A DNA stretch of 64,000 nt from Candidatus Nomurabacteria bacterium (lineage in GTDB: Bacteria > Patescibacteriota > Minisyncoccia > Phycocordibacterales > UBA9973). Positions 63,571-64,000 of this stretch are shown one piece after another (the stretch's first letter is position 1; each line of letters starts with the position of its first letter). The notes under the pieces are model-generated. The model was not told where the DNA came from and did not search any database. It saw nothing but the letters and a program-made list of their open reading frames with translations. The DNA is taken from NCBI GenBank assembly GCA_023898605.1, contig CP060230.1:67944-131943 (forward strand). Direction: 5' to 3'. Both the position numbers and the translations under genes were made by a program.

Positions 63571-64000
63571 TCTATCTATTTCCTACAAAGTCTAGTATTG
63601 AGTTTTTTATACCTTCTTCGTCTAATCCGTAGAATTTCAATAGTTCTTCTGGCTTTCCACTTTGACCAAATTCGTCGTTTATACCGAGTCTTTTTATACG
63701 AGTCGGAAGCCTTTCTCCTAGTAGTTCGGAAACAGCACTACCAAGTCCACCTGCTATCTGGTGCTCTTCTATCGTAACTATTGCACGTGTTTCTTTTGCC
63801 AGAGTAAGTACTGCTTCTTCGTCTAGTGGTTTTATAGTAGATATGTTTAGTACTTTTGATTTTATGCCTTTTTTTTCTAGAGCCTTGGCTGCAAGAATTG
63901 CATTTCTTACAAGTGATCCTGTTGCGATTATACCGACGTTTGGTAGGCCATCAGATGCAAAAAATATCTCTCCCTTCCCTATTTTGAAAGGAGTTTCTTT
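63571..64000 (-). CDS. Transketolase-family protein, C-terminal part (5' end outside window)
   Basis: Minus-strand translation ends ...AIVTIEEHQIAGGLGSAVSELLGERLPTRIKRLGINDEFGQSGKPEELLKFYGLDEEGIKNSILDFVGNR-stop. The stop lies at 63571-63573. Confidence 0.7.

Overview
The window is an AT-rich, densely packed bacterial chromosome segment. Gene content and style resemble a reduced-genome (CPR/Patescibacteria-like) organism: there is almost no Shine-Dalgarno use, several mRNAs look leaderless behind a -10 box, and the genes are small. That placement is an inference.

Housekeeping content: leuS, valS, aspS (archaeal type), gltX, ychF, lepA, obg, murJ, the mraY-ftsW-murG block, rpmA, rplI, tsaD, rsmI, fba, ctpA, mscS, Hsp20, a family-4 UDG and two sigma factors.

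Four intact tRNAs are present, Arg-CCT, Phe-GAA, Val-GAC and Glu-TTC, plus two disrupted tRNA copies.

The non-routine content is concentrated in four places:

1. A Type II restriction-modification locus. An XRE-type controller (C) protein gene directly precedes a putative restriction endonuclease gene, and both converge on a methyltransferase gene. The methyltransferase is a single ORF fused in frame to a complete LexA repressor (HTH, Ala-Gly cleavage site and S24 Ser/Lys peptidase), followed by a beta-class SPPY N4/N6 DNA methyltransferase.

2. Three small GIY-YIG nuclease ORFs in three different selfish-element contexts.
   - The tRNA-Val locus holds a tRNA whose D-loop is split after GCTCAG by an insertion of about 800 bp. 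The insertion carries four 102-bp tandem repeats, each a fusion of a tRNA-Val 5' fragment and the GIY-YIG 3' end, then tRNA-Val and the GIY-YIG gene.
   - The tRNA-Phe locus has a second tRNA-Phe copy with a 59-nt double-hairpin insertion at the same D-loop position, next to a GIY-YIG gene.
   - A 274-bp element with 12-14-bp perfect terminal inverted repeats and an apparent 5-bp target duplication carries the third GIY-YIG ORF.

3. A sigma-70-family gene cassette bracketed by 52-bp perfect direct repeats that duplicate the 3' end of rmuC.

4. A LeuS carrying inserted ASCH-like and Nudix domains.

Other observations: a candidate leucine-rich leader peptide upstream of leuS, a strongly expressed-looking 45-codon ORF flanked by 23-bp direct repeats, diverged tandem paralogs that share promoter and terminator sequences, and several GC-rich structured intergenic elements.

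All coordinates are read by eye from the printed sequence. tRNA and repeat edges may be off by 1-2 nt.
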